Of a stretch of 64,000 nucleotides of DNA, positions 23,420 to 36,179 are shown one piece after another (positions within the stretch are counted from its first letter, which is position 1; each line of letters begins with the position of its first letter). Location: assembly GCA_043228905.1 (NCBI GenBank), contig JBHGNT010000021.1, forward strand, positions 6,634,001-6,698,000. The letters run 5' to 3'. A program made the position numbers and the translations under genes. The stretch comes from Azolla caroliniana. Its lineage: Eukaryota > Plantae > Polypodiophyta. The notes below the pieces were generated by a model, which made no database searches, was not told where the DNA came from, and worked only from the letters and a program-made list of their open reading frames with translations.

Positions 23420-25037
23420 CATGAATAGAACTTCAAGGGGGAGATCCTTGAGTTCCGGTGCAACATTTCAATGAATGATGGCCACATCGCCTCTTGCTGG
23501 GCATATTCGGCATTGTGCCCGCATGTTGCAATCGACGACGGAGTGCCCTGGATTGAGGTAGATGGTGCATTGGACAGATTGCCAAAACCTAAGCTCATCA
23601 TCTCTTGGTAGGGCTTGCTGTAAGGAAGTCATTGACATGCTTCCGCTTGTTTCTTCTATGTCGAACTGGAGTACCCAATCAATCACGTTATCAGTTTTCT
23701 GGCTCATGAAGTCCGGAGCATCCCGAGGGTCATTCACATTGGCTCACGTAAAGGCAACTAAAAACGTCTCCTTAGCCTTATCTTCCGTGGGCAGTTGTGT
23801 TAACTGGCTCTGGAAATTCTAATAATGGGTTCATGGACATAATGTTGAATCGAGTAGAATTGACTAATAATTTCTCGTTGTGCAGTGCGGCGATGGAACA
23901 GGTGAAGGAACTTCATTCAGATTTATTTGAAGGTCGTAATCGTGGCCAAGTTGACCTGCGAATGCCAGCTTGTTGCCCTGCCGTCGAGGGTGAGCCCGAA
24001 CTCTGCGATTTTGGACGTGTTGATGTCGGCTTCCGCTAGTTGTTGTGACACGTGGTTGACTTGCCATGTGTTGATAAATGACCTCACATGTGCCTTTGCA
24101 TCAGGTTCACCATTGCAATGGTGACACGAAAACGTCATGGTGTCGGAGTTGTAAAGGCTAATGTTGTTGTGCACATGATCTGTCATAAGCATTGTGTGAT
24201 TACCGTTGTGGTTGGCCTCAAAATCACTTCCATTGGTGGTTTCAAAGTCTGGGTGAATTCCAGAGATGACCTCTTGTCCTATGGAGTGCTCGGCGAACAT
24301 GGACTCGATCACGCTTTCGTTGAGATCTGGCAAAGGAACGTCTAGTCCTGACTTTGCCAAAGCGAGCTCTGTAGCACGTCGGGATTCCGCCCGCATACGG
24401 GGTTTACATCGTCGCGTTGTCTCCTTACGGCCTCATTGGCTAGACGACATCCATTCCCTGATGTTCTTCTGTGTGCTCCCAGATCGACCAGGCGTGCCAA
24501 AAGTGTTATCAGCTTGGATAACACATTGTCGAATATCCGGTTCTTTGTCTGTTCGACTCAAGGTCTTGTGTTTAGGAACAGGGAGTTCGTTTCACTTCGA
24601 ATCGTTTAGGATTCCGAACTATGTGAACTTACATATGAATCGAACAGAGAATGACTGCGCGACTGTGGAGATGACCAAGCCGGCTACAACCAATTGGTTA
24701 TACAACGTTTACATAGAACGTAGAGACTCAACACAGAGAAATTACGACACAGTTTCTTACTCGGGGTATTAGGGGGTAAACAGAATTCTATTACAAGCAC
24801 ATTGATACAGTAAGATTTGATTAACCTTTTCAAGCTTTCCATGGCCCTTTTTATAGAGCTCATGCATGGTTACGACTTGTGTGTGAACCGTTATTGCTTA
24901 TTCAATACTTTACTATTTTTCGATTCACTATTTCCTACTCTTACTTCTTTATTGCGTCGCTTGGTCCTACCCACTACTAATTCGACTTGTAGTTGTTTTC
25001 CGCCCTTTCCACACTTGGTCGTCCAAACCGGCCAACG
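23420..25037 (-). mobile_element. gag: G2: 5' remnant of a Ty3/gypsy (gag pseudogene ~23420-24460, tRNA-Arg-like PBS 24487-24499, probable LTR ~24504-25037)
   Basis: Retrotransposon-gag-like FGLTLDGRATSW and Cys/His knuckle remnant. Minus strand reads ...GATAACA cttt TGGCACGCCTGGT. The outer LTR end is uncertain. Confidence 0.6.
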
Positions 25038-25039
25038 AC

Positions 25040-25341
25040 GCAGCGTGTCGTTCTTGTTAGATACTATGAACCATTGATTTGACTATGGGCCACTCGATGG
25101 TTTGAGGAATCCCATGTCATTCTTTCCCTGAGTAGCGCCATCAACTTCGGGATGTGAGCTCTCGGTACTAGAATTGGCTTCAAGTTCCATGGTACATGCA
25201 GTACATTGAATATCATCATAGGTTTGATGATAGTCGGGTCGACACACCCGATCTCCTTTGGTGAGAATGTGAAAGCCTTCTTGTGGCCCTCGATCATCTT
25301 CCGAAACCGGTCCTCTTCCGCCGGCAGTAGGAAGCCACCCT
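25040..25341 (-). pseudogene. pol: RT N-terminal fragment of an older G3-family gypsy (G3'); continues at 36146-36180 after C3
   Basis: KAFTFSPKEIGCVDPTIIKPMMIF..PWNLKPI matches 42030-42340; the flank after C3 matches 42335-42375. Confidence 0.85.
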
Positions 25342-25665
25342 TGTTGAATGCGGGGCTCTAATGGACGTATTCACACTATCTCCTTTTGTGCACACTAGGT
25401 CTAGGCTATATTATGTAAATAGTGAGAAGGGCAGTTGCCCTAAGTTAGTCAGTATATAAACTGACTTTGTAACCTAGTTTTGTTGGTTGACATAATTTAG
25501 TTCATCTTGTGCCCAACATCTCTCTCTCTCTCTCTCTCTCTCTTTCTAAGTGGCTCATTGTTCTATGTCTTTGTTGCCATCAATCTACCTTGATTGTATC
25601 TGCTTCTTGATCTTCTATCAGAAGAGTGTTGATTTGTCCCACACAAGATGGCCGCGTCTCCAACA
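25342..25665 (+). repeat. C3 5' LTR (324 bp)
   Basis: Direct repeat of 35810-36140, followed by the PBS. Confidence 0.92.
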
Positions 25666-26126
25666 TATGGTATCAGAGCTTGAGGCTCTTTCAATTCTGT
25701 TGCTACCGTCTATCTAGTTTCTATCAACAACTCTTCCTATGTACACCATGAAGATATGGTTGGCAACTCTCTACAAGATCATTTTCGCGAAGAGAAACGC
25801 TGGTAAAATCTGCACAGGTTAGTCATCCGTGGTCACTTCGGATCGAGTCTCCCGAATTTTGAATAAGATTCGACTTGTGTTCAAACTTGGCCAAAACGAA
25901 TTCGGGTGAGCCAATCTGTTGCACCCAACCATTGTTCGTAGCCAACCCCGAGCAAAGTCCCCCAAAATCGACACAGATGGCATCAACATCCGTGTCATCA
26001 GAGATGAGTCTCAGGAAGTTCGACGTATCGAACTTCAACTTCTGGAAGGAGCAAATGCAAGACTATTTAATAGTCAAGGGGCAAATCGACCCCATCGAAA
26101 ACAAAAATGCTCTAGAAGGATACAAG

Positions 26127-26657
26127 GATCAACCACAGAAAGATGGGAATAGGAGATAGATGAACGTATACACAAAAAGCACAGAAAAGAGTACACATTA
26201 TGTTTTCGTGGAAAACCCTAAATGGGAAAAACCACAGGAGTTCACAAACTCCAACTATCACTATGTAGAGAAGAATACAACAGATGAACACAGAGGCCAC
26301 GACCTCTTGCTCTCAATCATCACCTGGTGGCGGTTACAACCGAGACTCACTCTATCTCTCTCTCTTTTCCTCTGCTACGCTCTGTACAGCAGTTACACCA
26401 ATAACTCTATACAAAATAATAACAACACACATTGTTTGCCCTAGGTCATATTTATACTAATATGACTTTCGGGCTATTTACAAATATAGCCCTAGTGGGC
26501 TCTCTGGAACATATTTACATATATGTCCCTTCATCTGGTGAGAGGTTCTCACCGGGCTTGCAACATCCGGTTCTCATCGGGCCTTCATCATCCGGTTCTC
26601 ACCGGGCCTTCCTTGCCGGGTACTCATATCCCATCCGGAGGGACCGAAATCCTAACA
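26127..26657 (-). mobile_element. Truncated solo LTR related to the C1/C5 copia LTRs, inside C3 gag
   Basis: Shares GTGGAAAACCC..GGAAAAACCAC, TTTGCCCTA.GTCATATTTATAC and CCCATCCGGAGGGACC..AACA. The left end and adjacent C3 gag codons are deleted. Confidence 0.8.
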
Positions 26658-29561
26658 GATACGGTGCCTCTATAACCTTCGGATGAAAGAACCCAATTTG
26701 GTCCATGCACACCTCAACGAGTACGACAATCTAAGCTCCCAAAATTCCTCTCAAGGGAAGACTATCGAGGATGAACTAAGAGCAATGCTGCTTATGAGTA
26801 GTCTCCCCCCTTCGTGGGAAATTTTCATCACAACCGTGTACAACACATTGACTACGGCTGTTAAATACTCCTTAGTCACGAGCACAATTCTGATTAAAGT
26901 AGCTCGTAGGAAATCGTTTGCAAACGATTTGGCCAATAATGCATATGTAGTACAAGGTTCGACCTACCGATCGAACAGCCAAGGAAGAAGTTCTTCATGG
27001 CAGCCAAACAACCAGCGAAGTTAGAGCAAATCCGGGGATAATCGAGTTTGGAATTATTGCAAGAAACCTGAACACACCAAAGCCGATTGCCGTGCACTCA
27101 AGGCCAAAAATGAAAAGGCTCAGCGAGCTGATCAGAAGAGTGGCTGCATGAGGAGGTCAATTACATCGGCTCTTCAGCCGAAATACTATTGAGCGACCCG
27201 AACATACTATCCATTGAGAACCCAGTCGAATCAGAAATTCTGCTTATGAAAGAGGAATCATGCACATGGCTCTTGGATTTGGACGCTTCATATCACGTGA
27301 CTCCTCATCGATCGCACTTTCGGCAATACTCAGCCCGACATTCCAACTCAGTTCGAGTCGGAAATTCGCAACACTTCGCGATTGTCGGAATAGACATAGT
27401 AGAGCTCAACCTTCCGGGTGGTTGTACATTGGTACTACATAATGTCTGACATGTACCTGAGCTCTCAAGTTCTTTGATCTCAGTCGGACAATTAGATGAA
27501 GATGGCATCCATGCCGCCTTCTCATCAGGAGGGTGGACACTCCATAGGGAAACGTCCTGCTTGCTCGAGGACCGAAAGTGCACTCGTTGTACCTGTTATG
27601 TGTCACACTCAAAGAGGGTAACTTGTTCTTGGTCGACATTCCCATGTCATCACTTTGGCATGGACGACTCAGACACCTCAACAAGGCCGACATCACGCAT
27701 TTATTTAGAGCCGGATACATCCCAAAATTCTCCTTCTCTGATCATTAGTTTTGCGAGCTTTGCTAGTATGACAAACAAATAGTCACATCACATTTGATAT
27801 TAGCACCGAGAGAATCGAGCCCCCTCAATTTGGTCCACTCGGACGTCTGTGGTCCTAGTATGCCATATTAGTCTCTCAACGGTGCCTTGTATTTCGTCAG
27901 CTTTATTGATGACTCGACTCGGAAGGTGTGGGCTTACCCAATTAAAACTAAAGATCGAGTGTTCTTGATTTTTTCCGATTGGCTCGCTATGGTCGAGAAC
28001 TAGTCTGCCCGAAAACTGAAATGCTTTCGGACCGATAATGGAGGGGAGTTCAAATCTGAAGAATTCGTCAGATTCTACCAACAACGCGGCTTACGACATG
28101 AATATACGACACCCCATAGTCCGGAGCAGAACGGAATTGTTGGGTGGATGAATCAGACAACTCAAGAAAGGATAGTTTCCATGCTTCAACACCCCGGAAT
28201 ATCGGATTGCTTCTGGGCAGAGGAATTACTTACGGTAGTACACATAATCAACATGTCACCGAGTAGGCATCTAGGACTACGGATACCTCAGGAACTATGG
28301 ACCGGCAACAAGCCGAATTACGACAAACTGAGGATTTTTAGGTGCGAGGCATACGCCCTCATACTGAAAGACAATCGCCGAAAACTTGCACCAAGGTCCA
28401 AGAAATGCATTTGCCTAGGTTATGGACTAGATGGCGAAATCGACTACCAACTCTGGGACTGCGAGCACAGACAGATCGTACAAAGTTCGGACATAGTGTT
28501 CAATGAGTTAGCCATGCATCAATCGGCCGAAAATCCAATCGAAGTCCGAAGGTTAATTTTTTTGGATGTGCCAACTCTTCATGAAGGCCCAACACACAAC
28601 ACAAGGTCGGCTTCACGGGTAGCTGAAACCTCTAGTACAGACTCGGCACAACCGAATGTTTCAGCTTCGGCCCATCCGAGTACGACACCTGATGCGACTA
28701 CTCCAGTCATACCTCGAAGGTTCGAGAGATTGTACAACAACTCCCAGAGAGATACTCTCATGGTATCTTCTTTACGGATGTCGGAGAACCAACGCCATGC
28801 GAAGAAGCATCGGCATCTGCCAATTCGGCCACCTGGCATCTGGCCATGGAGTCGGAAATGAACTCCATTTGTGCAAACAAAACTTGGGACTTGGTCGAAT
28901 TACTAAAGATTTGATTCGCTCTCCCATGCAAGTGGGTCTATCGAGTTAAAGAGACGTCTGATTCGGCCACCCCAAAATTCAAGGCTAGGCTAGTACCTAA
29001 GGGTTTTCGACAAGAATATGGCGTCGATTTCGACGAAATATTTTCACCAGTGGTGAAAATGACAACCCTTCAACTCATGCTCGGCGTCGCGGCAGCCGAG
29101 GACTTGGAGTTGATTCAACTAGATGTCAAAACGACATTCCTCCATGGCGATCTAGAGGAGGAAATTTATATGTGTTGGCATTAAAGGCTGACTCTTTCCA
29201 CTTTGTATCCTAGTGTGAATTCGTCCATACAATTAGGGCTCAGTATATAAGAGACAACCTAATGTTGTAAAGAGAGCATCGGTTGATCATCTTGTACAGA
29301 GTCTCTTAGAAAGAGAGAGAGAGAGAACAGAAATAAAGAGAGCTTCCATTAAAGCTTCATCTGTGTATCTAATCTCTGTCTATATCTTCTTGCCCTCCTT
29401 CTGTGTTCTTTGCTAAGCACAACCAACAAATCCTCACATACATTTATGCGCATATATGTCTTTCAACTAGTATCAGAGCAATCCGTGGTTCGATGGAAAC
29501 ATACAACAAAAATGCTTAAAGGAAAAAGACCAGGTTAGCAAATCTCACTTTCAAAAGAATC

Positions 29562-32500
29562 ATGGCATCAACATCCGGTACAGGAGTTGAGATCCGAAAA
29601 TTTGACGGCAAAAACTTTTCCCTATGGAAGGAGATGATGCAGGACGTATTGATTATTCGAAGACAGGTCGAGGCCATTCGACGCTCCGAAAAGCCTGCTT
29701 CAATGTCAACCAAGGAGTGGACATCAATGGACGAAATTGCACGCTCCACCATTCGAATGCACCTAGCCGAAAATGTCTACTTTAGCATGGCAAAAGAGAC
29801 AACAACGTTTTCATTGTGGGAGAAACTACAAGCCGAGTACGAGAAAAAGTCCTCATCTTCAAAACTGATCTTGATCAAACAACTGTTCAACATGACGATG
29901 AGAGAGACCGATCCAACTACCTCTCACACTAACACCTTCAGCCGGGTGTTTTCAGAACTCTCCTCACAAGGGATCAACTTTGAAGAAGAAGTGAAAGCTC
30001 TTGCCCTCCTATTGAGCTTACCGACGAGTAGGGAGGTATTCTACACGATTTACCCCAATAGCCGACCTATCCCAAATTTGGATGAGACGATCGGCCAAGT
30101 CCTCACCAAGGATATTCGGCAAAAATCGATGGGACTTACCATCAATGAATTGCCAGAAGCCCATCACTCGGTCGAGTCATTCGACCGATAGAGTTGAACG
30201 AGATAACAAGCCGACAGAACCGGTCAGAATACCAACCGATCAAAAACGAGGGGAGATCGACAACGGTCAAAGTCGAGAACGGGTTGATCAAGTGAATTCT
30301 GCACACGCTGTAGAAAAGTTGGCCACAATGTTTCCGATTGCTAGTCGATCAAGAGGAAAGAGAGTGGTCGGCGATCCAAGAGAAATCAAGGACGACCCGA
30401 CTCGGACCACTCTCCAGTAGGCAACCAAATCAAGGTTGTCGACACCCGATCAAGAGAAATCCCTTCTTTAGAAGACTCGATGATCGGAGAAGTCCTCTAC
30501 ACTGCACAAGATGCACACACATGGCTACTGGATTCAAGTGCCACATTCCATGTGACCCCCAACATTGAATGGTTTTCGAACTATTTAGCCGACACCAGCG
30601 GCACAGTCCGACTAGGCAATGGGCAAGAGTCTAGAATTGTAGAGACAGGAGAGGTTCCCATCCGATTGCCCAATGGCAACATGATCACCCTGCACAAAGT
30701 CCAGCACGTACCTGATCTGAAAAGGAGTCTAGTCTCCATCGGCATGCTAGCCGAAGACGGGTACAAAATGACTCTAGGTGAGTCGGTATGGATGATCAAC
30801 CGAGGAAACCTGAAGATAGGAGGCAACCACAAGTACAATAACTTGTACCCAATGATGGTGATCAATCCAAAAGGGGCCGTGAACGTAGCCAAAAAGACCG
30901 ACCCAAACCTATGGCATGGCAGACTTGGCCATATGTCTCAAGCCAGACTTGATCGACTGATGGCAATCGGCTACATCCCTAAAATCCAAGCAAAAACAGA
31001 CTTCGGCGAGCATTGTCGATACGGGAAACAAACCCGAAGTCCACAAGCTCTCCACTACGAGACGATATGAAAGCCCCTAGAGCTCGTGCACACAGATATA
31101 TGTGGGCCCATGCCCGAGTGATCACTAGGAGGCTCCCGGTACTTCATCACCTTTGTAGATGACTATACTCGGAAGGTCTGGGCCTACTCCATCAGGTCCA
31201 AAGACGAAACGCTCGAGATCTTCACTCGGTGGACATCTGAAGTGGAGAACTGGTCAAGACACAGAGTGAAGACACTCCAATCCGACAACGGAGGCGAATA
31301 TACCTCTAGAACCTTCAAGCAGTACCTGTCCAACAAAGGGATCCGGCATCAAAATACCGTTCCTTACAAACCCATGTAGAATGGAGTGGCAGAACGGATC
31401 AACCGAACGATCCAAGAGAGGATGACGGCAATGCTCCAACAAGCTGAACTGAAGCTGGAGTTTTGGGCTGAGGCATTGCAGACGGTAGTATACTTTGTAA
31501 ATCTATCACCGTCGAAGGCAATCAGGCTCGAAGTGCCACAGGCACTATGGTCATGCAAACAGCTGACCTAAGATAGGCCCCAAGGAGAAAAGGACCAAGT
31601 TGGCACCCCATGCAGCGAAATGCATATTTCTCGGTTATAGAACGGATCAGGATTTTGGTTACCGGCTATGGGACCCTGAGAACCGGAAACTAATCTGGAG
31701 CAGTGATGTAGTCTTCAATGAAGACTCTATTTTCTCTCAACGGAACCAGCAAAAAATAGTTGGTAAAAAGGTATCCTTCGAAGACGATAGAGACTTCGTA
31801 GAAGGACCGACCCATCGGGCCGACTTAGAGATTCGACAAACAGTCGAACTCGACCAAGCCGACAAAATACTTGCCGACTCCGAATAGGTAGGAAGTCCAC
31901 TAGTCGAACTCAAAGACAAATCCCTTCGAAGACGATAGAGACATCGTAGAAGGACCGACCCACCGGGTTGACTCAGAGATTCGACAAACAGTCGAACTTG
32001 ACCAAGCCGACAACATACCTGCCGACTCTGAATCGGTAGGAAGTCCACTAGTCGAACTCAAAGACAAATCCATCAAAGACAAAGCTGATTCAACAAGAGT
32101 CGAAGAAGGTAGAGTCAACAAGGTGCGAGTAGGAAACAGAACCGAGTCGACAAAGGTGACACCACCGAAATCCCGACTTGGGGGCAGGTCACCTAACAAG
32201 ACTCCTAACACAAATGGTTCAACAAATACCGATCACCCAACAAAGCCGATCGAAGAATGCAAACCACTTATCTCGGCACCCAGGAGATCTGGACAAGCTC
32301 GAAGACCAACAGAGTTTTTTCAATCGGGCTTCGACTACGTCAACTACACCGGTGCAGGTGAACCAAGCACTTATGAAGAAGCTATGGGTGCAACAGACGC
32401 CAATACATGGTTAAAAGCCATGAAATCTGAAATGGACTCGATTCACAAGAATCAAACATGGGAGCTGATTGAACTACCAACTAGAAGAAAGCTGCTACCT

Positions 32501-33956
32501 TGTAAATGGGTTTTCCGATACAAATATGTATCTGACTCAGAGAAACCCAAGTACAAATCTCGACTTGTCGCGAAAGGGTTCAAACAAGAACATGGGGTCG
32601 ACTATGACGAGATATTCTCACCAGTAGTCAAGATGACCACCCTCCGACTCTTACTAGGAGTTGTGGCGACAGAAGACCTAGAGCTAGAGCAATTGGATGT
32701 AAAGATGACATTCCTACACGGAGATTTGGAAGAATACATCTACATGTCTCAACCGGTAGGCTTCACGGCGACGGGGGAGGAAAGTCGCCTTGTAAGCCGA
32801 CCGAAGAAAAGTCTTTATGGCTAGAAACAAGCGCCGACGATGTGGTGCTCGAAGTTCAACTCCTACATCAAGCAGCTTGGATATTGCCGATCTGACTCCG
32901 ACCCATGTATGTCTATTCGGCAACTGGCCGACGAATCTAGGATTTATCTAATCCTATATGTCGATGACATCCTGATTGCAGGAAGCAATCAAGCAAAGAT
33001 CGGAAAGTTGAAGCGGAGCCTTCACGACAAGTTCGCGATGAAGAAACTAGGACAAGCCCGTCACATACTGGGCATGAGGATCGAGCAAAATTGGACGACC
33101 AAGACTCTCCGACTCTCCCAATATGACTATATCCGGAAGGTGGTGAGATGCTTCAACATGCAGAATGCGAAGCCAGTACCAACACCGCTTCCGACGTCGA
33201 TCCGACTATCGAACAAAGACTCTCCTTCAACGGACAAGGAGAGAGATCTTAATGGAAAGATGCATTATGCATCGGCCATAGGAAGTATCATGTAAGCAAT
33301 GGTGGCAACCTAACTGGACCTAGCCTATGTCGTAGGAGTGCTCAGCTGGTACATGTAAACCTAGCACGGAAGCATTGGGAGGCCATCAAGCACATCTTAA
33401 GGTACCTGAGAGGGACCAAAGATACACAGCTGACTTTCGGTTTGACAACCTCAAGGAAGTTGAAGGCTACACTGACTCCGACTATGCCAGAAATACGGAC
33501 AATCGAAAGTCAACATCAGGCTATATTTTCACCTATGGTGGCAGTGCGATATCATGGAGGTCAAAGCTTCAAGAGTGCATGTCCTTGTCGACCACACTTG
33601 TTGAGTACATAGCAACATTGAAGGCAACGAAGGAAGTGATCTGGTTGCACCGATTGTCTGCCAACCTCTCATCTACAAGCCGAATCGACCGACCAATGTC
33701 GACCATCTATTGCGACTCGCAGAGCACAAATCACCTCATTAACAATCCCGTCTATCACGCAAAGACGAAGCACATTGAGGTATGGTATCATCACATCCAG
33801 GATCTTATAATTGAGAAGAGGCCCAAAGTCCAGAAGATCGACATCGAGGTGAACGTCGTTGATTGCCTCACAAAGCCACTCCCAGATCAATGCTTCGGAG
33901 CACTAATGACAAAAATGGGACCACGACAAGCAACTGAGCAGAAGAAAGCCAAATGA
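29562..33956 (+). pseudogene. gag-pol: C4 gag-pol remnant
   Basis: KFDGKNFSLW, LLDSSATFH, LWHGRLGH, SDNGGEY, LILYVDDIL, YTDSDYA; multiple stops and frameshifts. Confidence 0.9.
31775..32070 (+). repeat. 148-bp tandem duplication in the C4 IN-RT linker
   Basis: CCTTCGAAGACGATAGAGAC... begins at 31775 and again at 31923. Confidence 0.9.
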
Positions 33957-35809
33957 GGAGACGAAGGTAAGAGTCGATCGAATCAATCATGATAATTAGC
34001 CATGCTAGGCTCGACACGGACCACACCTATGCCGACTTGACTATATGTCGACCAACTTGTAACATAAATTTAGATTATTGTTGTAATCTAGGTTTACGGG
34101 GGAGACAAACCCAAACACATGTACATGTAGGAAAGAGTAGAGTCCTTTTACGGGGGAGTTTGTTGGCATAAAGGCCGACTCCTTCCACTTTGTATCCTAG
34201 TGTGAATTCGTCCATACAATTAGGGCGTAGTATATAAGCAACAACCTAACGTTGTAAAGAGAGCATCGCTTGATCATCTTGTACAGAATCTCTGAGAAAG
34301 AGAGCGAGAGAGAGACAACAGAAATAAAGAGAGCTTCCATTAAAGCTTCATCTGTGTATCTAACATCTATCTATATCTTCTTGCCCTCCCTCTTTGTTGT
34401 TTGATGAGCACAACCGACAAATCCTCACATACATTTCTGCGCATATCTAGCCTTCAATATGGAGCAGCCGAAAGGCTTCGTGGCACCCGACCAAGAACAT
34501 CTAGTCTGCCGACTCAAGAAGAGTCCTTACAGCCTAAAACAGGCACCGCGACAATAGTATGTATAAGAAGTTCGATGACTTCATTTAGTTGGTTGGCTTC
34601 TCGAAGAGCAATGATGATCACTATCTCTTCACAACAATCACTCACGATGGGTCACCCATCTTCCTCATCATCTACGTGGATGACATGCTAATCTCCGGTC
34701 AACAAGCCGAAGAGCTTGCCAAACTCATTCGGCAACTGCGGTTGAAGTTTTCCATGAAGGACCTCAGTTCAGCAAGACACATACTCGGCATGAAGATTAG
34801 TCGGAATCGAAATTGAAGACAATTGTTTCTATCCCAATTCGACTATATTAAATGTGTCCTCAAACACTTCAACATGAAATCGGCGAAATCTGCTTCGACC
34901 CCACTCCCCATTAGCCTTTGGATGTCTCATCGAGACTGCCCGATATCCGGTTCAGAGGGGGAAACTATGAAGTCGGTACTGTATGCATCGACAGTCGGCT
35001 CCTTGATGTACGTGATGGTCGTGACACGGCCTGACATTGCTCACACCATAGGGGTCGTCAACAGATTCATGCACAACCCTGGCCGATCGCATTGGAATGC
35101 AATAAAGCATGCGTTCAGCTATCTCGGGGCCACAAAAGACCTTAGCATTCTATTCGGTCTGAACGACACTTCAGGCGTAGTTGGCTACACCGTCTTGAAC
35201 TTTGCTAGCTGTGTGGACAGTCAAAAATTGACAACCGGATATTGCTTTAAGTTTGACAATGGAGCAATCTCATGGAAATCGAAACTTTAGGAGTGCATTG
35301 CCACATCAATGACCGAGGTTGAACGTAGCTGCGTCCGAATCCGACTCGGCTCCAGTTGTCTACAGTGACAGTCAAGGCGTTGTCGCTCTGTCAAAAAATC
35401 TAGTTCATCACAATGCCTCAAAGCATATCGACGTTCGATATAACTTTGATTAGGACTGTGTCATTTCAAGGAAAATCAGCCTCAAGAAGATTTCTACAGC
35501 CAATAATGTCGTAGATGGGATGACCAAGTGTCTTTCGGCGGATCGATTCCGATCCCTTTGGCACCAGATGGACATAACAAAAAATCAGTCCAATTATGTC
35601 AGACACTCAGGAGTTTTTCGAAAAATCGACTTCGACAATTCGAAGTTCGGTTTTAGCTTCCCCAACCTTGGCCAGCTCGTTTTTTTTTTGTTTTTCGAAG
35701 TTCGCCCACTTGAATGAAATTTCGACTTGCTCGAAAACTTTGTATGAATCTGTATTGTACATTCATTTCGATTTACATATTTTCGATGTATACGCCCATT
35801 ACGGGGGAG

Positions 35810-36140
35810 TGTTGAATGTGGGTCTCTAATGGATGTATTCACACTATCTCCTTTTGTACACACTAGGTCTAGGCTATTTATGTAAATAGTGAGAAGGGCA
35901 ATTGCCCTAAGTTAGTCAGTATATAAACTGACTTTGTAACCTAGTTTTGTTGGTTGACATAATTTAGTTCATCTTGTGCCCAACGTCTCTCCCTCCCTCT
36001 CTCTCTCTCTCTCTTGTGTTCTAAGTGGCTCATTGTTCTATGTCTCTGTTGCCATCAATCTACCTTGCTTGTATCTGCTTATTGATCTTCTATCATAAGA
36101 TTGTTGATTTGTTCCGCACAAGACGACTGCGTCTCCAACA
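35810..36140 (+). repeat. C3 3' LTR (331 bp)
   Basis: Follows the PPT; repeat of 25342-25665. Confidence 0.92.
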
Positions 36141-36179
36141 ACCCCCACCGATCTTGAGCTTCCGTAGCGTCTCCTTGGT

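Larger units (their letters stand above)
29173..34456 (+). mobile_element. C4: full-length decayed Ty1/copia inserted in C3 RT
   Basis: LTRs 29173-29465 and 34161-34456 (TG...CA), TSD ATATG splitting the host EIYM|EQP, mutated PBS TAGTATCAGAGC, PPT ACGGGGGAG. Confidence 0.95.
25342..36140 (+). mobile_element. C3: decayed Ty1/copia with nested C4 and truncated solo LTR
   Basis: LTRs 25342-25665 and 35810-36140 (TGTTG...CCAACA), PBS-Met 25668-25679, PPT ACGGGGGAG, TSD ACCCT/ACCCC (1 mismatch). gag-pol remnants at 25977-29172 and 34462-35580. Confidence 0.93.
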
